Origin: a bacterium | Lineage (GTDB): Bacteria > SAR324 > NAC60-12 | Direction: 5' to 3' | Assembly (NCBI GenBank): GCA_965205865.1 | Contig: CBDBHR010000029.1 | Coordinates: 288,001 to 352,000, forward strand | DNA length: 64,000 nt | Shown here: piece after piece, positions 51,320 to 61,597 of the stretch | How positions within the stretch are numbered: the first letter of the stretch is position 1 | Layout: the number at the start of each line of letters is the position of its first letter | The notes under the pieces: generated by a model | The model's input: the letters and a program-made list of their open reading frames with translations, nothing else | The model's database searches: none | Told to the model about the DNA's origin: nothing | Program-made: the position numbers and the translations under genes

Positions 51320-53326
51320 CTATAGAATCAAACGAGAGCGATACGAAGGATAAAGCTCATCCTTATCATTGGGGGTAGTCACGAGGGAGACCAATTCCAG
51401 GGGACATTCCTCAATAAATCGAGAACGGACAGCAAAATCACTTTCCCCGAATTTGTTACTGACAATGGGGGCGGTGAGGTTTAAAAAGCGGCGAGCACGT
51501 GTTATTGCTACATAAAAAAGACGTCTTTCCTCCTCCAAGAGAGCTATTGGTTCCAGGGATCGCTGATGGGGAAACTGCCCTTCTGTGAGACCAATCACAA
51601 ACACCGCATCCCATTCCAGTCCTTTAGCCTGATGAATGGTACTGAGCGTCAAACATTCGTCTTCCTGAAATTGATCTGCTTCATAATCCTTGATGACCGT
51701 AGGTCCCACTAATGAAAGTTCATTGAGGAGTCGTTCCAAGGACTTGTATTTGCCGGCAAATTCTTCGAGATACTGGATGTCGACTTCTCGCTGTATCGCG
51801 TTTTCATAATTGACCATCAAATAATCCGCATAGATCATTTGATAGGCAGTTCTGATCATTTGGGTGGGAGTTGTTCCTTCTTCCAGAATCTTTTTGAAGC
51901 AGAGAAGAATCTGATCCCATTGCGACCGTGCCTTTTTGGGAATTTGATTTTGTAACTCCCTGTTATCTGCCGTGAGACGAACAGCTTTTTGCTCGAGGAA
52001 GATGTTGAAGATTTTTTGTGCCGTCATATTCCCAATGCCAGGAATCAATTTCAGGACCCGCATCCAAGCAATTTCATCCAAAGGATTGAAAACAATTTTA
52101 AGAAACGAGAGGATGTCTTTCATATGGGCTTGTTCAAAAAACTGAACTCCGGAGCGGATCATAAAGGGAATACCTCGTTGAGTCAACACCAACTGCAGGG
52201 TTGCCGATTGCACATGATTGCGGTACAGGACACTGATTTCATTCAAGCTGATGTCTTGGTCTTTCAGTTTTAGAATTTGCTCAACAACAACTTCTGCTTC
52301 ATCCAGCGTGTCATAAAGTGCGTGCAAAGTAGGTTTGACCAATTGAGGATGGATGGAATAGAGATCTTTTCGAAATTGTTCCTTATTCATGTTGATACTA
52401 CTATTAGCCAATGCCAAGATTTCCGGAGTGCTCCGGTAATTTTGCTCGAGGCGATAAACAGTCGCTTTATATTTATCAGGAAAATCGAGAATGTTTTTGA
52501 AATTGGCGCCTCTCCAACTGTAAATCGACTGAGCATCGTCACCCACAACCATCAAATTTCCGTGAGTTTGAGCCAGGTGGTCAAGAACGCTGGCCTGCAC
52601 TTTATTCGTATCTTGATACTCATCAACAAGAATAAACCGGATGTGCTGAAGCCATGGTAATTTTTCGAAATTTTTCAGTAAGAGATCCAACCAATTTTCA
52701 AGCAAATCATCAAAATCCATGGCATTATTCCGCCGTTTTTTCCGACGATAGGTGCGATACACTTGTAAGATTTCAGGAATGAGTGGATAAAATCGGGGAT
52801 ACTTGCTTTCGAGCAATTGTTCCAGGCCAAAATCACGGTCGGGATAAGAATTGCGTTGTAAGGAGATTTCATCACAATTCAAATTAAAGGCTAGAGAATA
52901 AATATCCTGCAACAGCGCCGATTTTGGAAAGTGCTTTCCTGTTGATCCCAACGCATCGGCCGCTGCTGCTTTTAGCAAATCCCGAGAATCCGAATTGTCT
53001 AAGATTGAATAATTATTCTCATATTGCAAAAGCGGAGCATGGCGACGTAGAAAGCGATTGGCCAGGCTGTGAAATGTCCCATGGATCAAAGCGCTTGCAA
53101 TTTTTTTCTGATCAATGGAGTCAGCGACCCGCAGGGCCATTTCCTGTGCTGCTTTGTTGGTAAATGTGACCAGCATGATGCTTGATGGATTTACACCCGA
53201 CCGGACAAGTTCTGCCGCACGATGGACAATTACCCGGGTTTTGCCACTTCCGGCACCCGCAATCACCAAAACAGGACCGTTGCGGTGATTGACAATTTGT
53301 TTCTGAGTAGGATTTAAAACCTCCAT
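51320..53326 (-). CDS. UvrD/PcrA-family helicase
   Basis: AGAGSGKT, VDEYQD, VGDDAQSIYSWRGA, NYRS, TIHQAKGLEW and YVAITRAR motifs. Confidence 0.93.
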   Translation of the reverse strand: MEVLNPTQKQIVNHRNGPVLVIAGAGSGKTRVIVHRAAELVRSGVNPSSIMLVTFTNKAAQEMALRVADSIDQKKIASALIHGTFHSLANRFLRRHAPLLQYENNYSILDNSDSRDLLKAAAADALGSTGKHFPKSALLQDIYSLAFNLNCDEISLQRNSYPDRDFGLEQLLESKYPRFYPLIPEILQVYRTYRRKKRRNNAMDFDDLLENWLDLLLKNFEKLPWLQHIRFILVDEYQDTNKVQASVLDHLAQTHGNLMVVGDDAQSIYSWRGANFKNILDFPDKYKATVYRLEQNYRSTPEILALANSSINMNKEQFRKDLYSIHPQLVKPTLHALYDTLDEAEVVVEQILKLKDQDISLNEISVLYRNHVQSATLQLVLTQRGIPFMIRSGVQFFEQAHMKDILSFLKIVFNPLDEIAWMRVLKLIPGIGNMTAQKIFNIFLEQKAVRLTADNRELQNQIPKKARSQWDQILLCFKKILEEGTTPTQMIRTAYQMIYADYLMVNYENAIQREVDIQYLEEFAGKYKSLERLLNELSLVGPTVIKDYEADQFQEDECLTLSTIHQAKGLEWDAVFVIGLTEGQFPHQRSLEPIALLEEERRLFYVAITRARRFLNLTAPIVSNKFGESDFAVRSRFIEECPLELVSLVTTPNDKDELYPSYRSRLIL

Positions 53327-53447
53327 GGTATGAAAAGCAATTGGTCGTTAACAGAGAATTTGTTTACTTCCTTTTTTTTCGAAACTATAACGGAATCCTT
53401 GTCGGATGAAAAGGATTTTTCCGTCCTCACTAAAGTAGCAAACCACC

Positions 53448-54791
53448 ATGAATCAAAATTCCTTAGCAGACGCCATCAACCAATTCCTCAATCAGTATTT
53501 CAACACGCAAATTCGGGCAGAAGCCATCCCTTATCTCCTGGCCGGATTAGCTCTGATCTTGCTGCTTGGAATATTCTTGCTCATTTCCGTTTATCGGACC
53601 ACTGCGTCCCATAAAAAAGAGAAACAGAAGCTTTCCGAAAAAGCGGCAGAGAAAAAACTGGCTCAGCTGGAAAAAACCCAACTCAAACAACAAAAAGCAG
53701 ATGAGAAAAAACGTCTGCGAATTGAAAAACAAAAACAGGAAAAAAAGCTGACCAAAATCGAGGAAAAAACACGTCACATTCAGGAGGAATTGCAGAGAAA
53801 AGAAAAAGAGCAACACCATATTCAAACTCTGCAAAAAGAGTGGCCTTCTCCTCCTCGAGTAGCCATTTCTTCAGACACAGGCAGCTTTCTGGAACGCTTG
53901 AGAAAAGGAATGGAGAAAACTCGTAACAATATGATGCAGGGGCTGGGCAACGTTGCTTTAGGAAAAAAAGAAATCGACGGGGAACTTCTGGATGAATTGG
54001 AAGAGTTATTGATTGTGGCCGATATTGGTCCTGCGACCACTCATCGTATCCTCAATGCCGTTGCTGAAAAAGCGGAACGGGAACAATTGAAAGACCCTCG
54101 ATTTTTAAGGGAAATGCTTCAAAGCGAAATCGTTTCGATCATGGAAAAAACATATGATACAGCCACAACGGAAGACAAAAAACCGTTGGTGCTCTTATTT
54201 ATCGGAGTCAACGGGGTTGGAAAAACCACCACCATTGGCAAGGTGGCTGCGCAATACCAAAACGAAGGAAAAAAGGTTCTCATGGGAGCCGGAGATACCT
54301 TCAGGGCGGCTGCTATCGAGCAGTTGACAAAATGGAGTGAGCAGGCCGGTTGTGACATCGTTGTCAAAAAAGCTCAAAGTGATCCCGCTTCAGTGATGTA
54401 TGAAACGCTCCAAAAAGCCCTCGATGATCAGTACGATGTAGTGATTTGTGATACGGCAGGACGATTACACACAAAAAAGAACCTCATGGAAGAGTTGAAA
54501 AAAATGGTGCGTGTCATGAAAAAGCTGATTCCGGATGCGCCACACGAAATTTTTCTGGTTCTGGATGCCACTACCGGGCAAAATGCAATATTCCAAGTGC
54601 GCGAATTTAGCGAAATCGCCACATTGACGGGATTGGTGATCACCAAACTAGACGGGACAGCCAAAGGAGGTGTGGTAATTGGCATCGTCAATGAATTCGA
54701 CGTTCCCGTTCGCTATATAGGGGTGGGAGAAGGTATTAATGATCTGCGTCCCTTCAATGCGGCCGATTTCACGCAAACTCTTTTTTCCTGA
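53448..54791 (+). CDS. ftsY: SRP receptor with N-terminal TM anchor
   Basis: GVNGVGKTTT, DTFRAAA, DTAGR and TKLDGTAKGG motifs. Confidence 0.95.
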   Translation: MNQNSLADAINQFLNQYFNTQIRAEAIPYLLAGLALILLLGIFLLISVYRTTASHKKEKQKLSEKAAEKKLAQLEKTQLKQQKADEKKRLRIEKQKQEKKLTKIEEKTRHIQEELQRKEKEQHHIQTLQKEWPSPPRVAISSDTGSFLERLRKGMEKTRNNMMQGLGNVALGKKEIDGELLDELEELLIVADIGPATTHRILNAVAEKAEREQLKDPRFLREMLQSEIVSIMEKTYDTATTEDKKPLVLLFIGVNGVGKTTTIGKVAAQYQNEGKKVLMGAGDTFRAAAIEQLTKWSEQAGCDIVVKKAQSDPASVMYETLQKALDDQYDVVICDTAGRLHTKKNLMEELKKMVRVMKKLIPDAPHEIFLVLDATTGQNAIFQVREFSEIATLTGLVITKLDGTAKGGVVIGIVNEFDVPVRYIGVGEGINDLRPFNAADFTQTLFS

Positions 54792-54822
54792 AGAATGGGA
54801 AGAGATGTTTGATTCAGTCATT

Positions 54823-55773
54823 TTACTCCGCGAGAGTCCGGATCAGTTGACGAAAATCAACAGGAATGGGTGAGGCGAAATGTTGATATTGACCAGTAAC
54901 AGGATGGGTAAAACCCAGCTCTCGCGCATGCAAAGCTTGCCTTTTGAATTGGAGGAGAACCGTCTGCAGCGTTGAAGACGTCAACCGCAGATGCTTGGGT
55001 TGACTCCGTCCATATTGCAGGTCTCCCCAAATTGGCATATTTTGAGAGCTGAGATGGACTCGGATTTGGTGAGTCCGCCCCGTTTCCAGACGGCATTCCA
55101 AATGAGCAAAAGGCGGGAAGCGGGCAATTACTCTCCAATGAGTGATCGCCGGTTTGCCGTTCACTACAATTGCTTTTTTTTTTCGATTTCGAGGATGCCT
55201 GCCGATAGCACCTTCAATCGTACCCTGATCTTGCAAAGGATTTCCCCAAACCAAGGCCTCATAGACACGATGGATGGTATGTTCTTGAAACTGACGGGAG
55301 AGGTGCGTGTGAGTCTTATCGTTTTTGGCAACAACGAGCACTCCCGAAGTTTCTTTATCCAGACGGTGCACGATGCCAGGGCGTAAAATCCCTCCGATGC
55401 CGGAAAGATCCTGACAATGGTGTAACAGTAAATTTACGAGGGTTCCAGTGAAGTGACCCGGAGCGGGATGGACTACCAAACCTGGCGGTTTATTGGTGAC
55501 AATCAGGTCAGTGTCTTCATAAATAATATCCAAATTTCCTGCTTCCGGTACGACAGGTAAAGGTTCGGGTTTCAGCAGTGAAAAACGAATATAGTCTCCA
55601 GCGGACACTTTATATGAAGGAGAAACGGCCCGTCCATTGACTTCTGCCATCCCTTTCTTCAACAACCGTTGAGCCAGGGAGCGAGAATTCACCTCGCAAT
55701 AGGTACTGAGCAAAACGTCAATGCGCCGTTTGGCATCGGCCTCACTCACCGTATAAGAAAATGCTTTCTCCAT
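54823..55773 (-). CDS. rluD: RluA-family 23S rRNA pseudouridine synthase
   Basis: S4 domain, RPGIVHRLDKETSG, LETGRTHQIRVH and RQALHA motifs. Confidence 0.9.
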   Translation of the reverse strand: MEKAFSYTVSEADAKRRIDVLLSTYCEVNSRSLAQRLLKKGMAEVNGRAVSPSYKVSAGDYIRFSLLKPEPLPVVPEAGNLDIIYEDTDLIVTNKPPGLVVHPAPGHFTGTLVNLLLHHCQDLSGIGGILRPGIVHRLDKETSGVLVVAKNDKTHTHLSRQFQEHTIHRVYEALVWGNPLQDQGTIEGAIGRHPRNRKKKAIVVNGKPAITHWRVIARFPPFAHLECRLETGRTHQIRVHLSSQNMPIWGDLQYGRSQPKHLRLTSSTLQTVLLQFKRQALHARELGFTHPVTGQYQHFASPIPVDFRQLIRTLAE

Positions 55774-55790
55774 TGCTATCGAAAATGAAA

Positions 55791-57272
55791 TTAATACTCA
55801 TACAACTCAAACTGCTCATGATGGAGTGAGTTGGAAGTTTTAATAACGACTTTCTGCCCCAACTCTTTTTCAATTTCCTGCAAGGTGGGAATTTCTGCTT
55901 CCAAATATTCATAGACATCCGGATGCACATGGACCACAAAGGAACCATTGCGGTGTTTTGGTCGGGTGCGATATAGTTCTCTGAATATTTCATAACTGAC
56001 CGTGGACACGGATTTCAATCGCCCCTTACCTTCACAGTAAGGGCAGGGGTCACAAAGGTAACGAGTCAGGTTTTCACGATCTCGTTTTCGCGTCATCTCC
56101 ACCAGCCCCATTTCACTGATTTGCAAAATCTTGCTTCTCATTTTGTCATATTTCAATTGTTCTTTGAGGGCGTTATAGACTTTCTGTCGATGCTCCGGCA
56201 ATTCCATGTCGATGAAGTCGATAATGATAATTCCCCCAATATTGCGCAATTGTAGTTGATAGACCAACTCTTCAACTGCTTCCAAGTTTGTTTTAAGAAT
56301 AGTCTGCTCACGACTCTCCTGCCCCACGAAACGCCCAGTGTTCACATCGATGGCTGTCAGGGCTTCGGTTTGATCAATCATCAGATAGCCTCTGGATTTG
56401 AGCCAAACTTTCTGCCCCAATGCCCGTTCTATTTCCGCTTCAATGCCATAATGGTCAAAAATCGGCACATCTTTGGTGAAGTACTCCAGTATCGACCGGT
56501 AGCGTGGCAGGTAGCTGTTCAGGAATTTTTTGACATTCTTGAATTCATTCTTATTGTCAATGATCACTCTGCGGATTTCCGGAGAGAGGATATCTCGAAT
56601 CGAACGAAACACGACATGCAAATCACTATGCAATAATACGGGGGCCTCCCTTTCCTGATAACGGCTCAAGACATCATCCCAGATGGATACCAAGTAATTC
56701 AAATCGGACCGCAGATCATCTTCAGAACGCCCTTCTGCAACGGTTCGAATGATAAATCCTGATTTTTCGGGACGAAGGCGGTTGACAGTTTCTTTGAGAC
56801 GAAGGCGTTCCTCTTGAGAGGTGATTTGACGAGATACTCCCAATGTCTTCACGGTTGGCATATAAACCAGATTGCGTCCGGGGATGGAAACATGGCTGGT
56901 GATACGGGCGCCTTTCGTACCAATAGGTCCTTTGGAAACCTGCACCAGAATGTCTTGCCTTTCCGTGAGCAAGTGTTCGATTTTGATTTTTTCGTTACGC
57001 TTTACAGGAGATGGTTTTTCCTCGTCATCAAAAATGACATTCTCCGGAAGCACATCATCGATATATAAAAAAGCGGCGCGTTCGACGCCAATGTCTACAA
57101 AAGCGGCTTCCATGCTCGGCAAAACTCTCAAAACTCTGCCTTTGTAAATGTTGCCAACTATTCCTTTCTCCTTGAGTCTTTCATAATATAGCTCTGAGAC
57201 GAGTCCACTGCTTTCCATGACAGCGACTCTTGCTTCATGAGGTGAATAATTGATGATTATATCTTTTGGCAT
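55791..57272 (-). CDS. rng: Ribonuclease G (Rne/Rng family)
   Basis: GNIYKGRV, AAFVDIG, IDVNTG and GGIIIIDFIDM motifs. Confidence 0.9.
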   Translation of the reverse strand: MPKDIIINYSPHEARVAVMESSGLVSELYYERLKEKGIVGNIYKGRVLRVLPSMEAAFVDIGVERAAFLYIDDVLPENVIFDDEEKPSPVKRNEKIKIEHLLTERQDILVQVSKGPIGTKGARITSHVSIPGRNLVYMPTVKTLGVSRQITSQEERLRLKETVNRLRPEKSGFIIRTVAEGRSEDDLRSDLNYLVSIWDDVLSRYQEREAPVLLHSDLHVVFRSIRDILSPEIRRVIIDNKNEFKNVKKFLNSYLPRYRSILEYFTKDVPIFDHYGIEAEIERALGQKVWLKSRGYLMIDQTEALTAIDVNTGRFVGQESREQTILKTNLEAVEELVYQLQLRNIGGIIIIDFIDMELPEHRQKVYNALKEQLKYDKMRSKILQISEMGLVEMTRKRDRENLTRYLCDPCPYCEGKGRLKSVSTVSYEIFRELYRTRPKHRNGSFVVHVHPDVYEYLEAEIPTLQEIEKELGQKVVIKTSNSLHHEQFELYEY

Positions 57273-57314
57273 AACAACTTTCCGTATAATAAGGGTGATC
57301 TTTGAACGCCTCAA

Positions 57315-58250
57315 TCATTGTGGCTCAGGCGACAATTTTGTAGGCTTCACCCACAATGAAATTTTTGGCCATTGTTGCAACAAAGAAATCCCTTCCGGAA
57401 GGACCGCCTCGGGTTGCACCCAATAGCTTCCCGGTTTGTATTCCACGAGATCAATAGTTCCATAGATTTGGGAGAGCTCTAAATTGTTCACCAATTCTTC
57501 GGGTCCTTCCACGTATAGATTGAATTCTGTGGGATTGGTGACCGACACGTAATTTTGGTTCAGCAAATGAATTGCCACGTTATCAAAGCGCTTGCGGACC
57601 GGCAAACTGGAAACCATTACATTGGCAATATACGATTCAATTCCGTCATTCAGGAACTGTAAACTGGAATCTGGTAAATCCAGGCTTACAATCATCTCGA
57701 TCGAACGATTAATATTTTGCAAATCAATTTCATTGGTAAAGACCGAATCAATGGTCTGCAAAACCGATTGGGGACCTTGCACTTTGACTGTATCAGGTGA
57801 AATTTTGATTCCCTGCAATATTTTACCCGATTGTAATTGCCCTTGGTAGCGGGCACGAATCGTCAATTGCTTTTCTACAATTTCTTCAATCATCAATTCA
57901 ATTTGAACAGGAATGATGCGCGCCACGGAAATGCTCTCCAAAATCGGAATATTCTGCTCAGTCAAAGTATATTGGAAATGACCGGAATTAGCGTTGGTCA
58001 AATCAACCGTGGCCTGCAGGGCTGAGGGATTGAAGTTATTGCTGTATCGACGTAGGATGCGTCCCGAAACACTGACGACGGAAGGAACGTCAGAGGTGAT
58101 TTGCATGTGGGCGGGCAGATTGATGAAAACCAAGGGAACAAAAAAACTGATTTCAACAGACTCCGCCCCCTGTTTTGCTAAATACCAAACAAACGATGCC
58201 AACAAAAAAGAAAGGAGGGCAAATGGCAGTATTTTTTTTATCTTCAGCAC
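57315..58250 (-). CDS. cdaR: YbbR-domain CdaR-like regulator
   Basis: N-terminal TM and YbbR-like repeats (ISPDTVKVQGP); follows cdaA. Confidence 0.8.
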   Translation of the reverse strand: MLKIKKILPFALLSFLLASFVWYLAKQGAESVEISFFVPLVFINLPAHMQITSDVPSVVSVSGRILRRYSNNFNPSALQATVDLTNANSGHFQYTLTEQNIPILESISVARIIPVQIELMIEEIVEKQLTIRARYQGQLQSGKILQGIKISPDTVKVQGPQSVLQTIDSVFTNEIDLQNINRSIEMIVSLDLPDSSLQFLNDGIESYIANVMVSSLPVRKRFDNVAIHLLNQNYVSVTNPTEFNLYVEGPEELVNNLELSQIYGTIDLVEYKPGSYWVQPEAVLPEGISLLQQWPKISLWVKPTKLSPEPQ

Positions 58251-58320
58251 AATTGACCACTTGAAGTGGAAAGAAGCGATACTGAAGCTAAAGTGTTTTT
58301 GGAATCAAATTCGTTTTGGA

Positions 58321-59163
58321 TCAAACCGTCGCCGTTGCTGACTTTTTATCCTTTTTTTCAACTTCAATGATTTCAGGTAAGGATTCTTTATTTTTGGACA
58401 AATCCTGTGTTTCCACATTCATCAAGTCAAACAAGAGCTTTTTGATATTGTGATCGGAAGATTCCCGGAATAATTCCCCTTTATAACTCAAGCTGATTTC
58501 ACTTCGTTCTTCAGAAACAGTAAGCACCACAGCGTCAGTTTCTTCAGTCAGTCCAATGGCTGCACGATGACGGGTGCCTAAAATTGGACTGACATTCACA
58601 TTTGTGGTGATCGGTAATAAACAACAGGCTGCAGCCAAACGACCTTTGCGATCAACAATGACCGCCCCATCATGGAGTGGGGAGGTGGAGCGAAAAATAC
58701 TGATCAACAATTCCTTGCTGCACACCGCATCCAGGGTCGTTCCTTTTTCAATATAGTTGCGCAATCCCACGTCACGCTCAAAAACAACCAGCGCTCCAAT
58801 ACTCTCCCGCGCCATCATTTGTGTTCCCTGAATTACTTCATCAATCATCCCTTTCTTGAACTGATTCCCGCCTGTAAAAAAAGTGATTAGACCAAATTGA
58901 GCCAGCGCGTTGCGTATTTCAGACTGGAAAAGGATCACCAATACCAAAACCAGTGAATTGGCCAAATTATCCAAAAGCAGCCCAAGCGCTTCCAGATGAA
59001 AAATGCGGGTCAGCAGATATAATGCTAAAACCAAGGAAAAGCCGACCAGGATAGGCATCGTCCGGGTTTCTTTGACCAGGGTGAAAAGACGATAAAAAAT
59101 AAAGGTCAGCAACAGGATGTCAACCACATCCTGCCATCCTATGTTTTGAACAATGGATTCCAT
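58321..59163 (-). CDS. cdaA: Diadenylate cyclase
   Basis: Three TMs, PLHDGA, LGTRHRAA and VSEE motifs. Confidence 0.93.
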   Translation of the reverse strand: MESIVQNIGWQDVVDILLLTFIFYRLFTLVKETRTMPILVGFSLVLALYLLTRIFHLEALGLLLDNLANSLVLVLVILFQSEIRNALAQFGLITFFTGGNQFKKGMIDEVIQGTQMMARESIGALVVFERDVGLRNYIEKGTTLDAVCSKELLISIFRSTSPLHDGAVIVDRKGRLAAACCLLPITTNVNVSPILGTRHRAAIGLTEETDAVVLTVSEERSEISLSYKGELFRESSDHNIKKLLFDLMNVETQDLSKNKESLPEIIEVEKKDKKSATATV

Positions 59164-59180
59164 AAGTCATTCCACACAAA

Positions 59181-59340
59181 GCGACCTATCCGACACGCGC
59201 CCGGTGGATGGGGCAACCAGAGGTCCGCGTCAAGTGACACGCCTTCAAAGGCTCCGGATTAGGACGAAACGGCTTTTCACGGTACCATGTATCCGGGGAG
59301 AGTTGTTGCGCAATTGAAGATCGAAGACCTGATAGGATGC
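59181..59340 (-). ncRNA. 6S RNA candidate
   Basis: Ends pair (CCTATC/GATAGG), central CCGGAT/ATCCGG stem, GAGCCTTTGAAGG...CACTTGA in the 3' half. Confidence 0.4.
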
Positions 59341-59357
59341 AAAGGCAATTGTCTTCA

Positions 59358-61160
59358 TCAATTGACCACTGGAGTAAAGCGTTGAATGGCACGCTGGACT
59401 TCTTCTCCATCCAATGTTTCTTTTTCCATCAACAGTTTTGCTAAATATTCCAATGCTTGACGGTGCATGACCAATATGTCTCGTGCTCTTGTATAACATT
59501 TGGTAATCAGTTCTTTCACTTCCAAATCAACCAGTTGCGCAGTTTCATTGCTGTATGCCTTGTGCATCAACAAGTCCTTCCCCAAAAAAACCTGGTCCCC
59601 GTCATCTGCGCAAGTCAAAGGTCCCAGTTTTTCATTCATCCCCCACTGGCAGACCATTTTGCGAGCCAAATCCGTCGCTTTTTTCAGGTCGTCACTGGCA
59701 CCGGTCGTGAATCGATTGAACACTAAATGTTCTGCAGCGCGTCCTCCCATAGTCATGGCAATATGTCCCAGCAATCCTTGTTGGGTATGACTATGACGAT
59801 CTTCCGTAGGCAGCAACTGGGTTATCCCCAGGGCGCGTCCTCTCGGAATAATGGTCACTTTGTGTACGGGATCGACCTCCGGAATGCTCGCCGCCACCAA
59901 CGCGTGTCCGGCTTCGTGGTAAGCAGTGGTTTTTTTTTCGTCTTCACTGATAAGCAGGCTTTTTCGTTCTGCCCCCATCAGCACTTTATCCTTGGCATAT
60001 TCAAAATCACTTATATCCACAACCGATTTGTCTTGCCGTGCCGCCCATAATGCAGCTTCATTGCATAAATTTGCCAGATCAGCTCCTGTGAAACCGGGAG
60101 TACCACGGGCAATCACACGCAAATCGACGGTTTCTTCCAATTCGATGGCGCGGGTGTGCACGGACAAAATAGCTTCTCTGCCGTTGATATCAGGAAGGGG
60201 TACATTGATATGCCGATCAAAACGACCTGGTCGCAGCAAAGCAGGATCCAACACGTCAGGACGATTGGTGGCAGCCACGATAATCACGCCATTGTTGGTA
60301 TCGAATCCGTCCATCTCCACAAGCAACTGATTGAGCGTTTGTTCGCGCTCGTCATTGCCACCTCCCAGTCCAGCGCCTCGACTGCGTCCCACTGCGTCGA
60401 TTTCATCAATAAAAATAATACAAGGGGCCGCTTTTTTTCCTTGTTCGAACAAATCACGAACCCGGCTTGCTCCTACTCCTACAAACATCTCGACAAAATC
60501 GGAACCACTGATGCTGAAGAAGGGCACTCCCGCCTCTCCCGCAATGGCTTTTGCCAGCAATGTCTTTCCTGTTCCAGGATTGCCTACCAACAAGACGCCT
60601 CGTGGGATCTCGCCTCCCAATGCTTCAAATTTTTGTGGATCAGCAAGAAATTCCACGATTTCCCCCAGTTCTTCCCGGGCTTCATCAATACCGGCCACAT
60701 CCTTGAAAGTCACCGCGTGGTTGCTTCCCTCTGTCACTCGTGAACGGATCTTTCCAAATCCCAAAGTTTTATTGCTTCCTCCTTGAAGCTGACGCATGAA
60801 GATAATCCAAATGCCGATGATCAACAGCATAGGTAGCCAACTGTTCAAGATGGTCCAGAAAATCCCTCCTCTGGAATCCGATTCCACCCGAATTCCAACT
60901 TCATGTTGTTCCAGAAAATCGATCAGTTGAGGATATTCCGGCACCGAGGTTTGAAAGGATCCATAATCTTGATTGATTCCATAAATTTCGCTGCCTCTGA
61001 TGACCACTTCATTGATGTTTCCGGCTTCCACTTGAGACATAAAATCTGAAAATGAGATTGTGCGATCACCGGAAGATCGGCTGCCCATGAAATTGAACAG
61101 GATCAGGATCACGAAACCGATGATCAACCATATTCCGATGTTTTTTATGAATGCATTCAA
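59358..61160 (-). CDS. ftsH: ATP-dependent zinc metalloprotease
   Basis: Two TMs, [23 protein letters not shown] and HEAGH motifs. Confidence 0.96.
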   Translation of the reverse strand: MNAFIKNIGIWLIIGFVILILFNFMGSRSSGDRTISFSDFMSQVEAGNINEVVIRGSEIYGINQDYGSFQTSVPEYPQLIDFLEQHEVGIRVESDSRGGIFWTILNSWLPMLLIIGIWIIFMRQLQGGSNKTLGFGKIRSRVTEGSNHAVTFKDVAGIDEAREELGEIVEFLADPQKFEALGGEIPRGVLLVGNPGTGKTLLAKAIAGEAGVPFFSISGSDFVEMFVGVGASRVRDLFEQGKKAAPCIIFIDEIDAVGRSRGAGLGGGNDEREQTLNQLLVEMDGFDTNNGVIIVAATNRPDVLDPALLRPGRFDRHINVPLPDINGREAILSVHTRAIELEETVDLRVIARGTPGFTGADLANLCNEAALWAARQDKSVVDISDFEYAKDKVLMGAERKSLLISEDEKKTTAYHEAGHALVAASIPEVDPVHKVTIIPRGRALGITQLLPTEDRHSHTQQGLLGHIAMTMGGRAAEHLVFNRFTTGASDDLKKATDLARKMVCQWGMNEKLGPLTCADDGDQVFLGKDLLMHKAYSNETAQLVDLEVKELITKCYTRARDILVMHRQALEYLAKLLMEKETLDGEEVQRAIQRFTPVVN

Positions 61161-61597
61161 TGCTACCTCATGAGAGAATCAAGATGTGTTACTAAGAAAG
61201 CAGTACTGATCAACATTTAAGTTACTCTTAAGAGCAATTATCGTATTTTTCGTAAAATTTAATATAATATGATTTCTCAATTTTCACAAGCTATCTACCT
61301 GTCAGGGGAGAATTTTCAAATTTCTTTGCAAGCTAGACCCTAGCCGAAAAGGGTTTCGAAAATAGTAAATGTAACCAATTTGATTCTATTGGATTCTCTA
61401 TTTAATTCAATATGACGAGAAAACGATTTATTTTTGTTTTTTATTCGCCCACGGCACAGTTTTTATAGGGGAAAAATCTTTTTTGGACATACTTTCCTCG
61501 CCCCTGCTCATATTTCACACTCCCCCATTGAATATTCAGGCCGCTTGTTTGAGTTGTCTTTTTTTCAACTCAATCATTTTGCAAAAATTATAGGTTA

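Noticed and set aside
57315-59163. c-di-AMP synthesis genes in a diderm as a novelty
   Set aside because: cdaA-cdaR downstream of ftsH is already known in Deltaproteobacteria-type genomes.
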